Assembly: GCF_963506605.1 (NCBI RefSeq)
Contig: NC_083278.1
Location: 59,892,001 to 59,956,000 of the forward strand
DNA length: 64,000 bases
Reading direction: 5' to 3'
From: Zootoca vivipara
Lineage: Eukaryota
A program made the position numbers and the translations under genes. Positions 1 through 12,948 of the stretch are shown one piece after another; position 1 is the stretch's first letter; every line of letters begins with the position of its first letter. The notes under the pieces are model-generated. The model ran no database searches and was not told the origin of the DNA. It was given only the letters and a program-made list of their open reading frames with translations.

Positions 1-1241
1 TGTTAGCTTCTTTTAAATTGTATATATTTTTCTAAGTTCAAATTGCAACTAAAAATGATCATTGTAATAAATACAATGGATAAGATTGCACCCAAAATGT
101 TTTGAGTACTGTTGCTATTTTTGGATGAAAGATACATTAGTTTAATGTAAATCTTCTCCATGATCATTTGACATGCAGGAGTGTTCAGTATACCCTAAGT
201 TGATGAAATGCAGTAGATGTTAATAATAATTAGCAGCAGGAGGTGCAAAGGTATTAAGACTATATTGGTCTTCCAGCTTTATTGAAGATTAGTTGGTTAA
301 ATACTTTCTACAATTAATTTATCACTTCCAAACCCTTGCCAGTAATTCCTCCCCACACTAACTCTCTCCTATTCTTCTCTGTTTTCAGATTCTTGACACC
401 CAGATTCTTCTTAAATTATCTGTGCTGTTATCCCTTGAGGCCCCCCTGCTTCCCTTTAAGTTTCCAGAATCAATTCTCCCTGCCAGCACTGACTGCAGTG
501 TCCTCAGGTTTTACCTAGAAAGCTCTTATCGAAAATGTCTTCCTAAATTGCCAGTTTACTCTGGCTTACTTGCAGTACTATCACATAAACAGCAAATAAT
601 AAAAACAGGCCATGTCTTCCATAACATAATTACCAGTTTCAAACCAGGAAGAAATGCCTTTATCATGCTGAAATCACCCAAATATATTATGAAGAAAGGT
701 ATGTTGTATACGTAGAGTGACAGAAATGTATGTTGGGGTCATTTCTGGCTTAACTCAACTGGCAAGGGCCATGTTCAGATGCCATGCTAAACAACAGTTC
801 AGCATGATGAAAGCAAGCCTTGGACTGTGCCCTCCCTCTGTCCTCCAGTAGGACCGGGAGCTGCTTCACACATAACACTAAGTCAAAGAATGGGATAGCA
901 CAAAAATGTGAGCATAAGGGTTCCTGAGGAGGAAATGGCTGCCACTGCACTCCCTACCTTCGGTTCTTCTACCGCTGCTCTCTAAGTGACCTAAGTGATG
1001 AATTGGCTTAGTGCGTTGTCCAAACCTGGGCCTGCAGCTTGTCAAAAACTGTAAATCCAAGATCAGATGTTGGTTGTAGCTTGTGGTTGATCTGGAGGGA
1101 GAAAAAGTGTGAGTCCAAGTTCAGAGAACATTTTAAGTCAAACTATAACTTTGCTCAGAGGAGCTTAGTAGCAGGGCCAGAGCAGCAAAGTGACTAATTT
1201 CCTTTCCTGGAACACACACACACTTGCATATTTATGTTAAG

Positions 1242-1428
1242 TCATATAATCACAGAATTGTAGAGTTGGAAGGGATGCCATGGGTCATCTAGTCCAACCC
1301 CCTGCCATGCAGGAATCTCAACTAAAGCATCCAAGACAGATGGCCTTCCAACCTCTGCTTATAAACCTCCAAGGAAGGAGAGTCCACAGTCTCCCAAGGG
1401 AGTTCGTTCCATTGATGAACAGCTCTTT
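1242..1428 (-). mobile_element. CR1 LINE 3' end fragment
   Basis: Begins with a (CATAGAAT)-like repeat, the reverse complement of the CR1 ATTCTRTG tail, followed by 'gagttggaaggga...catctagtccaaccccctgc'. Homologous to the copies at 17072 and 44025. Confidence 0.8.
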
Positions 1429-3328
1429 AGTCTGTTCATACTAGTCATAATTTAATTAGTGTTATGTGTGCAGCAGCTCTGTTCTGGGTGAGATTAAATG
1501 TAGATTGCTGTGTCATCGGAACATGACAAAATGTGGTTAATATTTACTATGGTTTTTCTGAAAGAAGCAGAATTCCCACCATGCATTGTGATGCTGGCTT
1601 GTTTAAAGCAAACCGTAGTTAACTTTAACTACAGTTTGTGGTCCACACAATTTATGAAACTGGTTAATGAAAACCAGAAGCAAGAACTTCTGCATTAATC
1701 CTCATGTCTGCACAAATCCAAAACATGCTGTGGCTCAGTAATAACATAACACTGTTAGTCTTTGTCATCACACTGGATGCTGATGCTTTGGGCTGCTTTT
1801 GTTTATTCATGCAATAAATTTTATTTAGGATATCTTATATTTAATAGAATATGAATGAAAGTTTTTAAACACTGCATGATTTATGGAGGTTTTTTTTAGG
1901 TTATATCCAGCTAAGTCATACTTAAGCCATACCCAATGAAATCAACGAACATGACTGAGAAGCCCACTTATTTCAATGTATCTACACTGAGTTGGACTTA
2001 CTTGAACAGAAACTTTTCTTAAATATTGACTATGGATTCAAAACCTATGTGTAATTTAAATAGCTCTCACCCAATGTGGATTTGAATCCATTTGTCTGCT
2101 TGAAATCTTATCTAACATTTTGGTAGATTTATTTCTTGCCTTATCATCTCTCTGTATTGTCTTATTCTGCTGTAGCCACAAGATTTCATTGCCTCATTAT
2201 TCACTTTGTCTTGAAGTTCTTTAATAAGCCTATCAAACAAATTATTTTCATTGATCCTCAGGGTATTTCCTGTTAAATTCTGTTTAGTGTGTGGTTTGAA
2301 CATTATTTGTATACTTTCCCCCCTTACCTCTCTCTACGCTCCCTGCCCCCCAGTTTGGTAGGGATTTTTACGCAGACAACTCTTTTTGCTCCGAGTCACA
2401 GCCAACTGAGGCTGCTTTTCATTTTTTAAAATCCCGCTAAAGAGAGACACTGGATTCCATGTCATTCCATCAACCTTGGCCCCCAGACGTTAAAAAAATA
2501 ACTTGATACAAGTTTAATTAACATGGGCCAGTTCATCTGTGATCTGGATGTCAAGTGAAATTGTGTTATTATGGTACTCACTGTGGTATTGAACAGGCTG
2601 TCCTTGTTTATAGAAAATCTCCAGGGCTGCAATCTTAACTCCTCACCAGGAGCCTCGGGACTTAATGGAGAGGAGGAGCCATAGCTGCATCGCTGAAGCC
2701 CTGCCACTAATGGCAGGCCAAGGCCAAGAACCATAAAAACTGTCCATATTTGCTGTGCCAGGTCCACATTGGAGTCATGGCTGGTAGATAGACTGGCGTA
2801 GGGTCCTTGTCCTCCAACCCCTGCCCTCTACCTTGTTTTAGGGTTTTTTGTTTTGCAGGTGGGATTATCACCAGCAATAGCTTCCACCTAGGCTTTCAGC
2901 AGCTGCATTAAATATTGTTGCTTCTCTGGCAGCAGAGGACTTATTCCCCTCCTCATTCCCACTGGAGCCTAAACATTTCCCACACAGTGGATTGGGCTTA
3001 GGACTCTTCTATAAATTGCTGCTTTGGCCAACATTCATTCATTCATTTAACATTTCTATACTGCCCTTCATTGGAGGATAACAGGGGTTTACAATATAAA
3101 ATACAAAAGTACATAACAAACAAAGGCAATACCCACCCACCCCCAGTTTAAAAGGTCATACATGGTTTAATTAGCCAAAGACCTGACGGAACAGGAATGT
3201 AACTGTAATGTTTAGCCCTCTAAAGTGGGACTTTGAGATAGAAAGTTTGAGAACTCTTGGACTATCAGAAACCCTGAATTGCTTATATTTGTTAATACAT
3301 TACTGAGGATGAGGATAATACTACTCTA

Positions 3329-3418
3329 CATAGCTGCCAAGTTTTCCCTTTTCTCGGGAGGAAGCCTATTCAGCATAAGGGGAAATCCCTTTAAAAAAGG
3401 GATAACTTGGCAGCTATG
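3329..3418 (+). mobile_element. 90-bp hAT-type MITE (TIR CATAGCTGCCAAGTT), copy 1
   Basis: 15-bp perfect TIRs and 8-bp TSD CTACTCTA (3321-3328 / 3419-3426). Three further copies in the window. Confidence 0.9.
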
Positions 3419-3827
3419 CTACTCTATTCCAAACTTAAAAATGGAAAGCATAATGCTGGTGGTCAACAAAAGAGGTTTAAAGATGCTTTCAAGGCAAATC
3501 TAAAAAAAATGTCGCATAAACACCGACAACTGGGAAACACTGGCCTGCGAGTGCTCCAATTGAAGAACAGCCTTTACCAAAGGTGTCCTGGACTTTGAAG
3601 ATACTCAAACTCAGGACGAAAGGGAGAAACATGCTACAAGAAAAGCACTCTTGGCAAACCCTCCCTGTGATCAACTCCTGCCTGGAAACCAATGCCCCCC
3701 CCCCCTGTGGAAGGATGTGTGGATCCAGAATTGGCCTCCACAGTCACTTACGGATTCATTGTTAAAACCGTGTTCATGGAAGACAATCTTACTCGGCTAC
3801 GAGTGATCACCAAAGAAGAAGAAGAAG
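3419..3827 (+). mobile_element. RTE-clade LINE 3' fragment (not Bov-B), decayed ORF C-terminus
   Basis: Frameshifted translation LLYSKLKNGKHNAGGQQKRFKD...NWETLA...CP.CGRMCGSRIGLHSHLRIH with a C-terminal C2H2-like motif, a short 3' UTR and a (GAA)n tail. Confidence 0.8.
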
Positions 3828-6403
3828 CTGTGATACCATGCTGGATTCCTTTGGGAAGAAGGGTGGGATGGAATGTAATAAATAAACAATAATAAAATTA
3901 TGAAGAGGAACTTGAGCACCTAAGCTTCTGCAAAATCCACAAATCATTTTATGTGATAAAACACATTAATTTTTTTAAAAAAATCATCCCTGAGATCCAG
4001 GAATAATGAGCCTGTTTCTCCTGGCTTTGCAATTGAAATAACCTCTAGTTCAATCTAGCCCTTCCCTCTATGCCTCAAAGACTACCTGCCTTTGCTTTTT
4101 AAAAACTTTAACCTTAATTTATAAAGGTTTATATATTTGTTCATCACATTAACAGCTAAGAAAGGAAACTTTTTAGAACTGCAAGCCTGCTATGAGGATT
4201 GGGTGTTGGGTTACTGCAACATTTGGAGAGGAAGGAAAGTCAATTAGAACTATGCACTGCTAGTATCTCCTTGATATTTTAGAATATATATTTCCCCCCA
4301 AGCTCAGATCTGGAAAGAAATAGGTACATTTGGATGGGACACAGAGAATCTCTGCTGCTCTAAAAAATGTCACATTTTCACCCAAAAGCTAATGGTTCTT
4401 AACAGAGTCCCTACCTGACACATTATATCACAAGCCTTTATTATCATGTTTGCTTATGATGTGGAAAAAGAATATGTACATCATCTCCTTTCCACACTCA
4501 GACTCTCATGTTAAAGGGAAATTTGTGTATCTTCCCCACTGGGGAGATAAATGAGCTGCATCCCTTCTAGGCATGAGATTTTCCTTCACATGACACTACA
4601 AAAACAAGGAAATAACATGCACAACTCACTTGCACATCCTTTATGTGTACCAAGTGGTTCTCAGTGAGCATGAATTAATTGTGTATCTGTCCCAGAGATA
4701 ATATTCACAAGTGTCATTCAATTAAGAAGTGGAAAAAGATAGGATTCACCATTTACAATTTACAAGAGCTACTCATGTGATCGATTTTTTGCTCTTGCCT
4801 GGAAGCAAACATTAAGAGATGAACAAGCATTTTAATTTCTCCATCATCAGTGAGAGGTGGGCAATTAGCTCTGCTTGTTCTAGTGAGAAGCAAATTGCAT
4901 TTGAGATGCTCTCAATGCAACACACTACCCTAATTTTTGACTTTGTCACCTTGTCTCTTTCTTTAACCACTGGACAGTTTGTCTTTAATAAGAAAGCTTA
5001 CCCAGTTATTTAAGAACTGCCATTCATCTCTTTTAATGCTAGGATGATTACTGAGAACATTCAACTACATAATTAAAGTAAATAGGTTAATATTTTTGCG
5101 ACAGGTAACTGGCTAACATTTCTGAACTTTAACAAGATTTTATTCAGGCAAACTTGACAAGTTAATTAATTCCACTCTTTTTAATTTCCTCATTCCCTTT
5201 CTCCCCCATCTTCTTCTTTTTTAAACATTCCCCCCCCTTCTGCTTTGAAGAAGGGGTAGGAAGCAAAAAGGAATGGGAAATTGAGTAGGGAAGGATGGGC
5301 ATGTCTGGAATCCTTGCTTACTTCATAGTTAAGATTTATCACTGTAGCTGCATTGCTGTAATTGTTTTGTTTGGCATACCACTCTACTGAAATCCCTTCA
5401 ATAAAATTTAAATTAAAAAGTAACACAAAAGATGCTTTTCTTGGTAACACAAATGTTTTTTAAAGGAAGAATATAGTTTTCTGAGTATATGATGAGGGAA
5501 ACACTTCTTTTAAATTTAAATGCAAATCCTTGTAGAATGATCACACTGTTTATGTGAATGAGTTCTCACGAAGGCATATTTAAATTATTGCTAAAAATCA
5601 ACAGGTTTATGGTATTTAGGATTAGGATGTAAGAAAGGATGAAAAATTGGTCTTATGGCTAAAGAGGTGGGCTGAAAACCAACAATTAAATGCCATTTAT
5701 TTATTTAAGATTGTACACTAATGTAGCTTCCCAATACTAAAATATAGCGGTGAGTTAGAAATATGAACATACTGTATCTTGGAAACACAATAAAAACAAT
5801 GTGATATCACCATCAAGATGTGTAAAATTTAAAAAGCCATCAACAGTAGCAAGAAGGGCCAACTTAGTATACGCCAGTTTCTTGCAGTATGACAAATACA
5901 TGGCATTTAAGCGTATCAGTTTATCTAACAATTTATTTCCCTCCTTTATCCACAAGATCCCATCCATACTTTCCTACACCTTTCCCCTAAATACTGCAAA
6001 CATTTTTCAACGGTGCTTGATTTCCATGTAGGTAGATACTACTTCAAGTCCCACTGAATTCAGTTGGACTATTTTGCTAGGTAACCCCGACAGGGCTCTA
6101 GTTTTTACTTTGCATTTGGCTCAAATTAACAGGCACTTTTTTAAATTGATCCTGATTGGTAAAGTGAAGATTGGCACTGAATGTTTCTAAAATGCACCCT
6201 GGCTTAGGGCCAAATGAGATGATATGTTTTGATGCTATAACATCACATGTCACGTTAAACAGGAAGAGCTGCTTCTGAATACCTGGCTGGGAATGCGATT
6301 GAAGGTTTCCCCCTTAAAGTTTGAGCATTAAAATGCTCTGAGAAGCCCTAATTATCTAATAAGAAATAATAGTTCTTTTGAGCAGAAACTCCTTTCTCAT
6401 ACC

Positions 6404-6731
6404 CAGGGCTGGATTAAGGTTTGATTAGGCCCCAGGTAATGGGGCCCTTTATATGTCCAGCTGTCCTTTGTCAACAACAAATTGTCACTGTTTTTTGTGT
6501 GTGTTGAATATATGCTATATGGCAATTTATGGACCTAATAGGTATCTAAAGCCATTTGCACATAACAAAATATGTATTTTATCAAAGTAATTGTTGAACT
6601 GAAATACAATTAAGAAGAAGTATTATATTTTGGAAATGTACATCCAGTTTTTTCCTTTTTTGGGGGGGGGCAAGAGAGTGGGGCCCTAAGCTATAGCTTG
6701 TTATAGCTTATTATACCTAACTCCGGCACTG
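6404..6731. mobile_element. Non-autonomous hAT-like DNA transposon
   Basis: Ends CAGGGCTGGA ... TCCGGCACTG (imperfect TIR), subterminal GGGCCC motifs, flanked by CATACC on both sides. Confidence 0.65.
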
Positions 6732-7009
6732 CATACCCTTATTAAAAACCTGCAGATAATCTCTCCCTCTTTCAACTGCAGCTCTGCCAAGAGTTCCTAT
6801 ACACACCGTTTCCTTCCCTCAGAAAAAATTGCCGGTAGGCTTTTACCCCCATTAGCCTCCCTTTCCCAAACGTGCAGCTTTTCCCTGAGTCTGAAAGTGG
6901 TCACAGCTATGCTCATCAGCCCTCCTTCTTCCCATAACTTCCTTCTGCTCTTTATCTTGCCTTCACTAGAAGGCTCCCTGTGAGTAGGGTGGGATTTGCA
7001 CCATATTAC

Positions 7010-7420
7010 ACTTCGGGGGGCGCTTTCCGTTTTCTTAAACTAGCGCGCGCGCTCTCACTCTGCCGAGAAAGATATCAGCAAGAACTGTGAGCAACTGCTC
7101 CTGGGCGGCAATGCAATTGCCACCCGCCCTTTGCTCGCTCCCTTGTTGACTCGTTGTGTAACAGTAGCAGATGTTCGCGGTTGCAGCAGCAGCAGCGGCA
7201 GCGGCGGCAGCAATCAGCATCCTTGCTAATGGCAGGAGGAAAAGCACCGCTGTGCAGAGGACACGTAGGACACGTCGAGTCTGCAGGCAACCGCGGTCGA
7301 AGAGCGCTTGCTTGAGGAAGGGGTGGCAGGCCAAATGGTCTCTGAGCAAAAAGAGAAAAGCTGCTCACTTCTCCTCCCTGCACAGGGCAAAAAGGGGGGC
7401 GGGGAAGAGAAAAGTTCCCC
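7010..7420. promoter_or_regulatory. CpG-rich, non-repeat island; candidate promoter or enhancer
   Basis: Local CpG enrichment against a CpG-depleted background, AGCGCGCGCGCT palindrome (7042-7053), GC boxes (GGGCGG, CCCGCCC, GGGGCGGGG) and a (GCA/GCG)n tract typical of 5' UTRs. No TE ends recognised. Confidence 0.5.
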
Positions 7421-8110
7421 ATGATTTACTGGAGTGTGTGTGGAGCAGGGGAGAACAAGTCGTTAATCCGATTCAGGCACAGATGTAATATATGCAAAGT
7501 GCATGTTGTTTGGTCCTCATTTGCCAAATCCGTGAATCCTGAATATATAGTTTGCATTCACAGCCTCGATTGCTGTGTGCCCCTTCTTATAACAATTCTT
7601 CGCCCATGTTTGCAGTAGAAGGGGAGCACCCGCTTCTAAGCAAGGCTCCTCTCTTGCCTTTTATTAATACACTGCACGCAGGAATTCCCAATGGTGAATC
7701 TTTTTCCTGCTGGGAAAAGGCTCAGTTGTTGAATTTATCATGAAGACAAACCAAAAAGCTGCTCTGACCTGCAGGAGAGGCAGCGATTCAACATCTTGCA
7801 CACCTAGCCTGACTCATGACATGGCCAGGCTGTTCAGAATACTTGTTTGGGGTAGAAAGTGAGTGATTAAAGACTCTTTTCCCATCAGGTGATCTCTCTG
7901 CTTGTTTTTCTCTGGGATGGGAAGTTACTGTAATGTCCTGGGGAGACCCTCAAATCAGTTCTGCCCACAGGTTGGCATGTTCTGTACTCTTACACTGCCT
8001 ATGCTACTGTTTTCAGTGACATGAATTTGCTAGGGAAGAATGTCCAGTTCTATACCAACTTATCTAAGAATAAGCTCCATTGAACCCAATGTGATTTGAT
8101 TTCTGAGCAG

Positions 8111-8461
8111 ATAAAGGGAAAGGTAAAGGGATCCCTGACTGTTAGACCCAGTCGTGGACGACTCTGGGGTTGCGGCGCTCGTCTCGCTTTACTGGCCGAG
8201 GGAGCAGGCGTACACCTTCCGGGTCATGTGGCCAGCATGACTAAGCCGCTTCTGGCAAACCAGAACAGCACAAGGAAATGCCGTTTACGTTCCCACCAGA
8301 GCGGTACCTATTTATCTACTTGCACTTCATGCTTTTGAACTGCAAGGTTGGCAGGAGCAGGGACCAAGCAATGGAAGCTCACTCTGACACGGGGATTCGA
8401 AACATCAACCTTCTGGTTGGCAAGCCCTAAGCTCTCTGGTTTAACCCACAGCGCCACCCGC
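8111..8461 (-). mobile_element. Sauria SINE (Squam1/POM-type), near full length
   Basis: Reverse strand reads GCGGGTGGCGCTGTGGGTTAAACC...TTCGAATCCCCG (tRNA-derived A/B boxes), has the Sauria body and ends in an (ACCTTT)-like tail. Confidence 0.9.
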
Positions 8462-8880
8462 AGAAAGGATTATACAATTAAGGTGTCCATCATAGATCAG
8501 GGTGTAGGAAGCAATGGCACTAATTTATCATGCAAAACAAATGTGAAAATCTCCAAATTTGACTTTGCTCCTGTAAAATAAATACATTTTTTTCTTTTAC
8601 TGTATTGTTTCCCAAAGATGTTGCATGTTGAGTTCTATGGAAGTGAACAGATTTCTTGACATATATCTTGGAGGCAGACAGAGACCACATTTCAGTTAGT
8701 CCAGTAAGAAGTGTGTGAAGATCTTCTATATCTCAAGGACCTCTCTGTGCTCAGACACATTTTATATTCCTTGTGGGGTACCTGCCACTCAGGGACAGGC
8801 CGCTTAGTATGATGGGTAGTAGATGGGTTATGCCACGGGTGCAACATTGTCCTCCATTTTAATTTGCCCTATAGGAATGA

Positions 8881-8990
8881 ATGAGTGCAAGTGAGTTATG
8901 CAGCAGAAACAGAAGTAAATGAAGGTCTTGAGCTGGAAAAAAAATCCTGCCCCTACTTTAATTTCTGCTGCATAACTCACTTGCACTCAT
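8881..8990. repeat. 29-bp perfect inverted repeat with 52-bp spacer
   Basis: ATGAGTGCAAGTGAGTTATGCAGCAGAAA (8881-8909) is the exact reverse complement of 8962-8990. Confidence 0.9.
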
Positions 8991-9913
8991 ACGCTTTCAC
9001 TCCCCCTTCCATCAGAGCACCATCAGAGCAGGGTACAAATGTTCTAAACAAACAAGAAACAAACTACAACACAGAGCAAGTAAAAATATTAGAAAGGCCT
9101 TGTATTGCATAAAATAAAGACATTGATTAAATGATTATTAAATGATTATATCTCACCTTACTCAACTGCTGTTTTTGCTTCAAACCCCTTTTCTCTCATC
9201 ACATGAACCAAGATTAAGCTGGTTTTATCAGCACCCAGTGAACTATGGTTGCCAAACTCTGGAAGAAAGCAGGCTATGGAAACAACTGGTTCGGATGAAG
9301 TGGGGAGCTATAGTTAATAGGAGTGTGCCCGTTTTAATTTCTTGTGCTGCAGTGGGTCTGCATTCATGGGCAAAATTCTTGTCTGATCACCTGAATATCC
9401 CCATGCAATGGGAATAAATGCTTTTACTGTAGTTATCTTCTCATACTAATATTCTATCTTGCTTCGTTCTGAGCTCTTATCTTCCTCTTTTGCTCCTAGA
9501 GTTTTGTGTGTGGTATGTGTGTTTTTCAGAGGAGGAGGAAAAGTCTCACAAGGAACATATTATTTATGAATGACAAAAGTGGGGGAAAAGATAATACCAT
9601 CTTTTCTGAGTGACTAGAAGGTTTCTGACTGAAATATTTGATTTAGTTTCCTGCCATACAAAAGGTGATTGTATATTTCATCATGAATGGGTGGAAGGGA
9701 AAAGATTTGGGTTTACTATTGAGAAAAGGTAATGTTACTTTTGAAATTGATATAATATTTACTAGGTGCTGTGCCCTGCTCACTTTACTCACTATTCCCA
9801 CATACTCCCCTCCTGATTCCCACTTCCCCATTCTCTGTATGTATCTCCCCCCACAGTAATCCATTAGATCTTCCCAGGAGGAAGTGGGAGGTGGTGCACA
9901 TGCAGTCTGTAGA

Positions 9914-10162
9914 GAAGAAGAAGAATTTGGATTTGATATCCCGCTTTATCACTACCCTAAGGAGTCTCAAAGCAGCTAACGTTCTCCTTTCCCTTCCTCC
10001 CCCACAACAAACACTCTGTGAGGTGAGTGAGGCTGAGAGACTTCAGAGAAGTGTGACTAGCCCAAGGTCACCCAGCAGCTGCATGTGGAGGAGCGGAGAC
10101 GCGAACCCGGTTCACCAGATTATGAGTCTACTGCTCTTAACCACTACACCACATTGGCTCTC
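9914..10162 (-). mobile_element. tRNA-derived CORE SINE (Squam3-like)
   Basis: Reverse complement GAGAGCCAATGTGGTGTAGTGGTTAAGAGC...GGTTCGCGTCTCC...GGGTGACCTTGGGCTAGTCAC (CORE) with a (TTC)n tail. Closely similar to 21399-21644. Confidence 0.85.
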
Positions 10163-10301
10163 ACCTGACTCTCTTTAAACCTTTTGAGAGGGGGAGGCAG
10201 GTGGCAGAAGCCCGGGTGAGCTGTGGAGGAACCATCCCACTCCCTTTAGACCTTCTGCAATGAGAAAGAGGAAGGTTGTGGTGGGTGGCCTGGTGAACAG
10301 G

Positions 10302-10453
10302 CAGGGCCGTCTCAAGCCGGTCGGGCACCCTGGCACCATGGCGCAGAGATCGCTCCGGCGCCCCCGCCCTGGTGGGCGGGCGCAGCGTGCCCTCCTGCTG
10401 GCCCGGCGCCCTGGCGCCCTGTGCCACCAAGACTACCCTTAGAGCTGGGCCTG
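10302..10453 (+). mobile_element. GC-rich hAT MITE (CAGGGCCGTC family)
   Basis: Ends CAGGGCCGTCTC ... AGAGCTGGGCCTG and perfect 8-bp TSD TGAACAGG (10294-10301 / 10454-10461). Confidence 0.88.
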
Positions 10454-11479
10454 TGAACAGGCTGGGGTGGCTCCTCAGCAACTGTCCTCCTTGTGGGGGA
10501 AATTGGAAACAACATCATCAGTGAGGCATGTAGTCATGGTGGCCGCAGCAGAGCAGGATGATTGCTGAAGAACTATCTTGACTGTTCTTTCATGGGTTGC
10601 CTGGGCTGCCTGCTTCTGTCCTCCATTGTTGCTGAGATGGCCCAGCAGCTCTCCCAAGACTGTCGTCACACTGTAGCTTACAGCAGCCCCTCTCTGTGGT
10701 CAAGCAAGCTGCAGCGTGACACACTTCTTATGTTTTTATTATATAGTAAGAAATTATTGCATTTTTAGTTCCTTGATATATGAACACTGGGTTATTATAG
10801 GCCATTTATCTATAAAGTAGTCCCATTGAAGGAGAGTTCTTATTTGGGGTGAATGTGTTGAAGATTGCTGCCTTAATATATGTAGATTCAATTTATTTTT
10901 GCATTATATTCCTATTAAAATTATTTTGCAGGTGGATTGCCCTGAGACCCCTAGGTATAGGTATAGAATATAAATAATAATAATAATAATAATAATTGCT
11001 AGAGCACAATGCAGACTAGCACCTCTTGGTAAACATGGTTAGAAAAAGACACTCTTCTCATTTGTACAAACCTTGACAATATCTGATTTACCTACTAAGG
11101 GAGAAATATTTTGTTAGTCTCATATCATTCTTGCTTCTGAAGATGAAGTATGTAAGTATAACTTGCTGTGGGTCAATTTGCTCCATAGCAAATAATTCCA
11201 CGTTTGAGTGAAAGTTATTCTTTCCCTTAGAAGCAATTATGAAATTAAACTATAGCTTCTCCAGTTACACAATCTATTGCAGCAGCAGGGATGTAATGAG
11301 ATGTTAATGAGACACTTTACCTTGCTGCCCATTGCTAATGTTGATGTGAACAAGTCCTTGAGTGTCCTATTGGCCTCAGTGGGGAATATATTTTATGGCC
11401 ATGATCAATAAATACTTAAATTGTTGATAAAAGAAAGCTCCGAGGAATCAAGTTCCTGAAGGCAAGCTGTGGTTTTGTT

Positions 11480-11890
11480 GTTGTTGTCCCACCTTTTTCT
11501 CCAAGGAAAATTAAAGCAAATATGGATAAAACACAGATAGCTAAAAACATGTAGTTAAAAAGTAATTAAACTATAATAGAATTAAGATAATGTAGAAACA
11601 AATTTATGAAGATGCAGATAGTGAAAACAGCACAGCACTATTAAAAGCCCTATCCTTATTAGTAGTCAGTTCTCCAAAGCTCATTCCCTCTGATGGCGGA
11701 ATGACAACAATGTGGGAGGCAGTCCAGTTTCTCTAGGAAGGGAGTTCCGAAGCCACCCAGAAGGCCCTGTCCTGCGTCCCCACCCAATGTCCCTGTGAGA
11801 GTGGTAGGGCTGGCCTGAAGATCTCAGAGCACAGGCAGGTTCATATGGGAGAATATGGTCCTTCAGAGAGCCTGGGCCTAAGCCATATTA
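11480..11890 (-). mobile_element. Old L2-like LINE 3' fragment
   Basis: 'gggagttcc...agaaggccctgtcctgcgtcc...gagcacaggcaggttcatatgggagaatatggtccttcagagagcctgggcctaagcc' resembles the L2 3' region at 32040-32220. Confidence 0.55.
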
Positions 11891-12812
11891 TATGGGGAAA
11901 GGTTAAAGGAACAAGTATATATTCCATATGCTTAACTGGGTTGCTGTTTAGAAACCACTTCAGCATGACAAAACTAGCGCACCAGTTCTATATTTGAGAG
12001 ACTCAGCACATGGAATAGTACTACAGTGCAGACGATTTCCACCCCACTGCATCACCTTCCATGGGGCTGTTGGAGTCATCATTGGGATATGTTATAGGAA
12101 ACACCTAGATATGGCTTTGGTCAGCGCTTTATCGTGAGAATTATTTTGCTAATTCTCTGATTTGCAGTGCTGATCTAGTATCCCGATATAAGGGCCAATT
12201 TATATATTTTAGTGGGCTAGTTGCTGCTGCCACTGCACTATTGCACTATGGTTGGCTCTCACATTGTTTTGATAATTGGGTATAATATGAATGAACCATT
12301 CTGGGCAAGGTTTTTGTGCACTATTTAGCAGCTTAGAAGCAATGTATGTCGAAGGAATGCTGTGTTAATAATACAGAAGTAATATAATGAGTAAATTAGT
12401 GTTGACTCCTATTGAAAACAACCCAGTGGGATGTTTCCTAAGGTCAGAATTGTGCCTGTTCATGCCTGCTACATATTTCATTTTAAAAAAACACCCATTG
12501 TGTGTTCAAAATACACCATACTGTATTTTGAATAGTGATATTTCAGTTCTGAGCAAGTAATGACTATAAAGAGTAGTGTTCAAAATGCAAGTTTTGTTGG
12601 TTCAATCAACAGACATGAATGTGACCTTATCCGAACCAAAGGGTGATATATTATTTCTTTTCTATGAAAATAAGGGAAGTGGGGAATAACAGCTTATATA
12701 ATACAGGCTGACTTTTTAATTATGTGCAAAACAGAGTTGCTGGTTTGTTTTTCTCAAACAAACCATGATTGGGAAATCAAGGTGTGTTGACTTAGAAACT
12801 AAGGTGCTAAGT

Positions 12813-12948
12813 CAGTGGTGGCCAAACTCGGCCCTCCAGATGTTTTGGGACTACAACTCCCATGATCCCTAGCTAACAGGACCAGTGGTCAGGGATGATG
12901 GGAATTGTAGTCCCAAAACATCTGGAGGGCCGAGTTTGGCCACCACTG
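12813..12948. mobile_element. 136-bp palindromic hAT (Charlie/Buster-like) MITE
   Basis: Long TIRs CAGTGGTGGCCAAACTCGGCCCTCCAGATGTTTTGGGACTACAA and TSD TGCTAAGT (12805-12812 / 12949-12956). Confidence 0.92.

Noticed and set aside
575-705. Possible plus-strand exon ending AAG|GTATGT
   Set aside because: Weak acceptor and unrecognisable peptide; not supportable without transcript data.
2111-2440. Possible L1 5' UTR/ORF1 fragment on the minus strand
   Set aside because: Composition is suggestive, but no diagnostic motif was recognised.
7035-7488. Poly-alanine ORFs on both strands
   Set aside because: Produced by the GCA/GCG tract; no recognisable protein or convincing exon boundaries.
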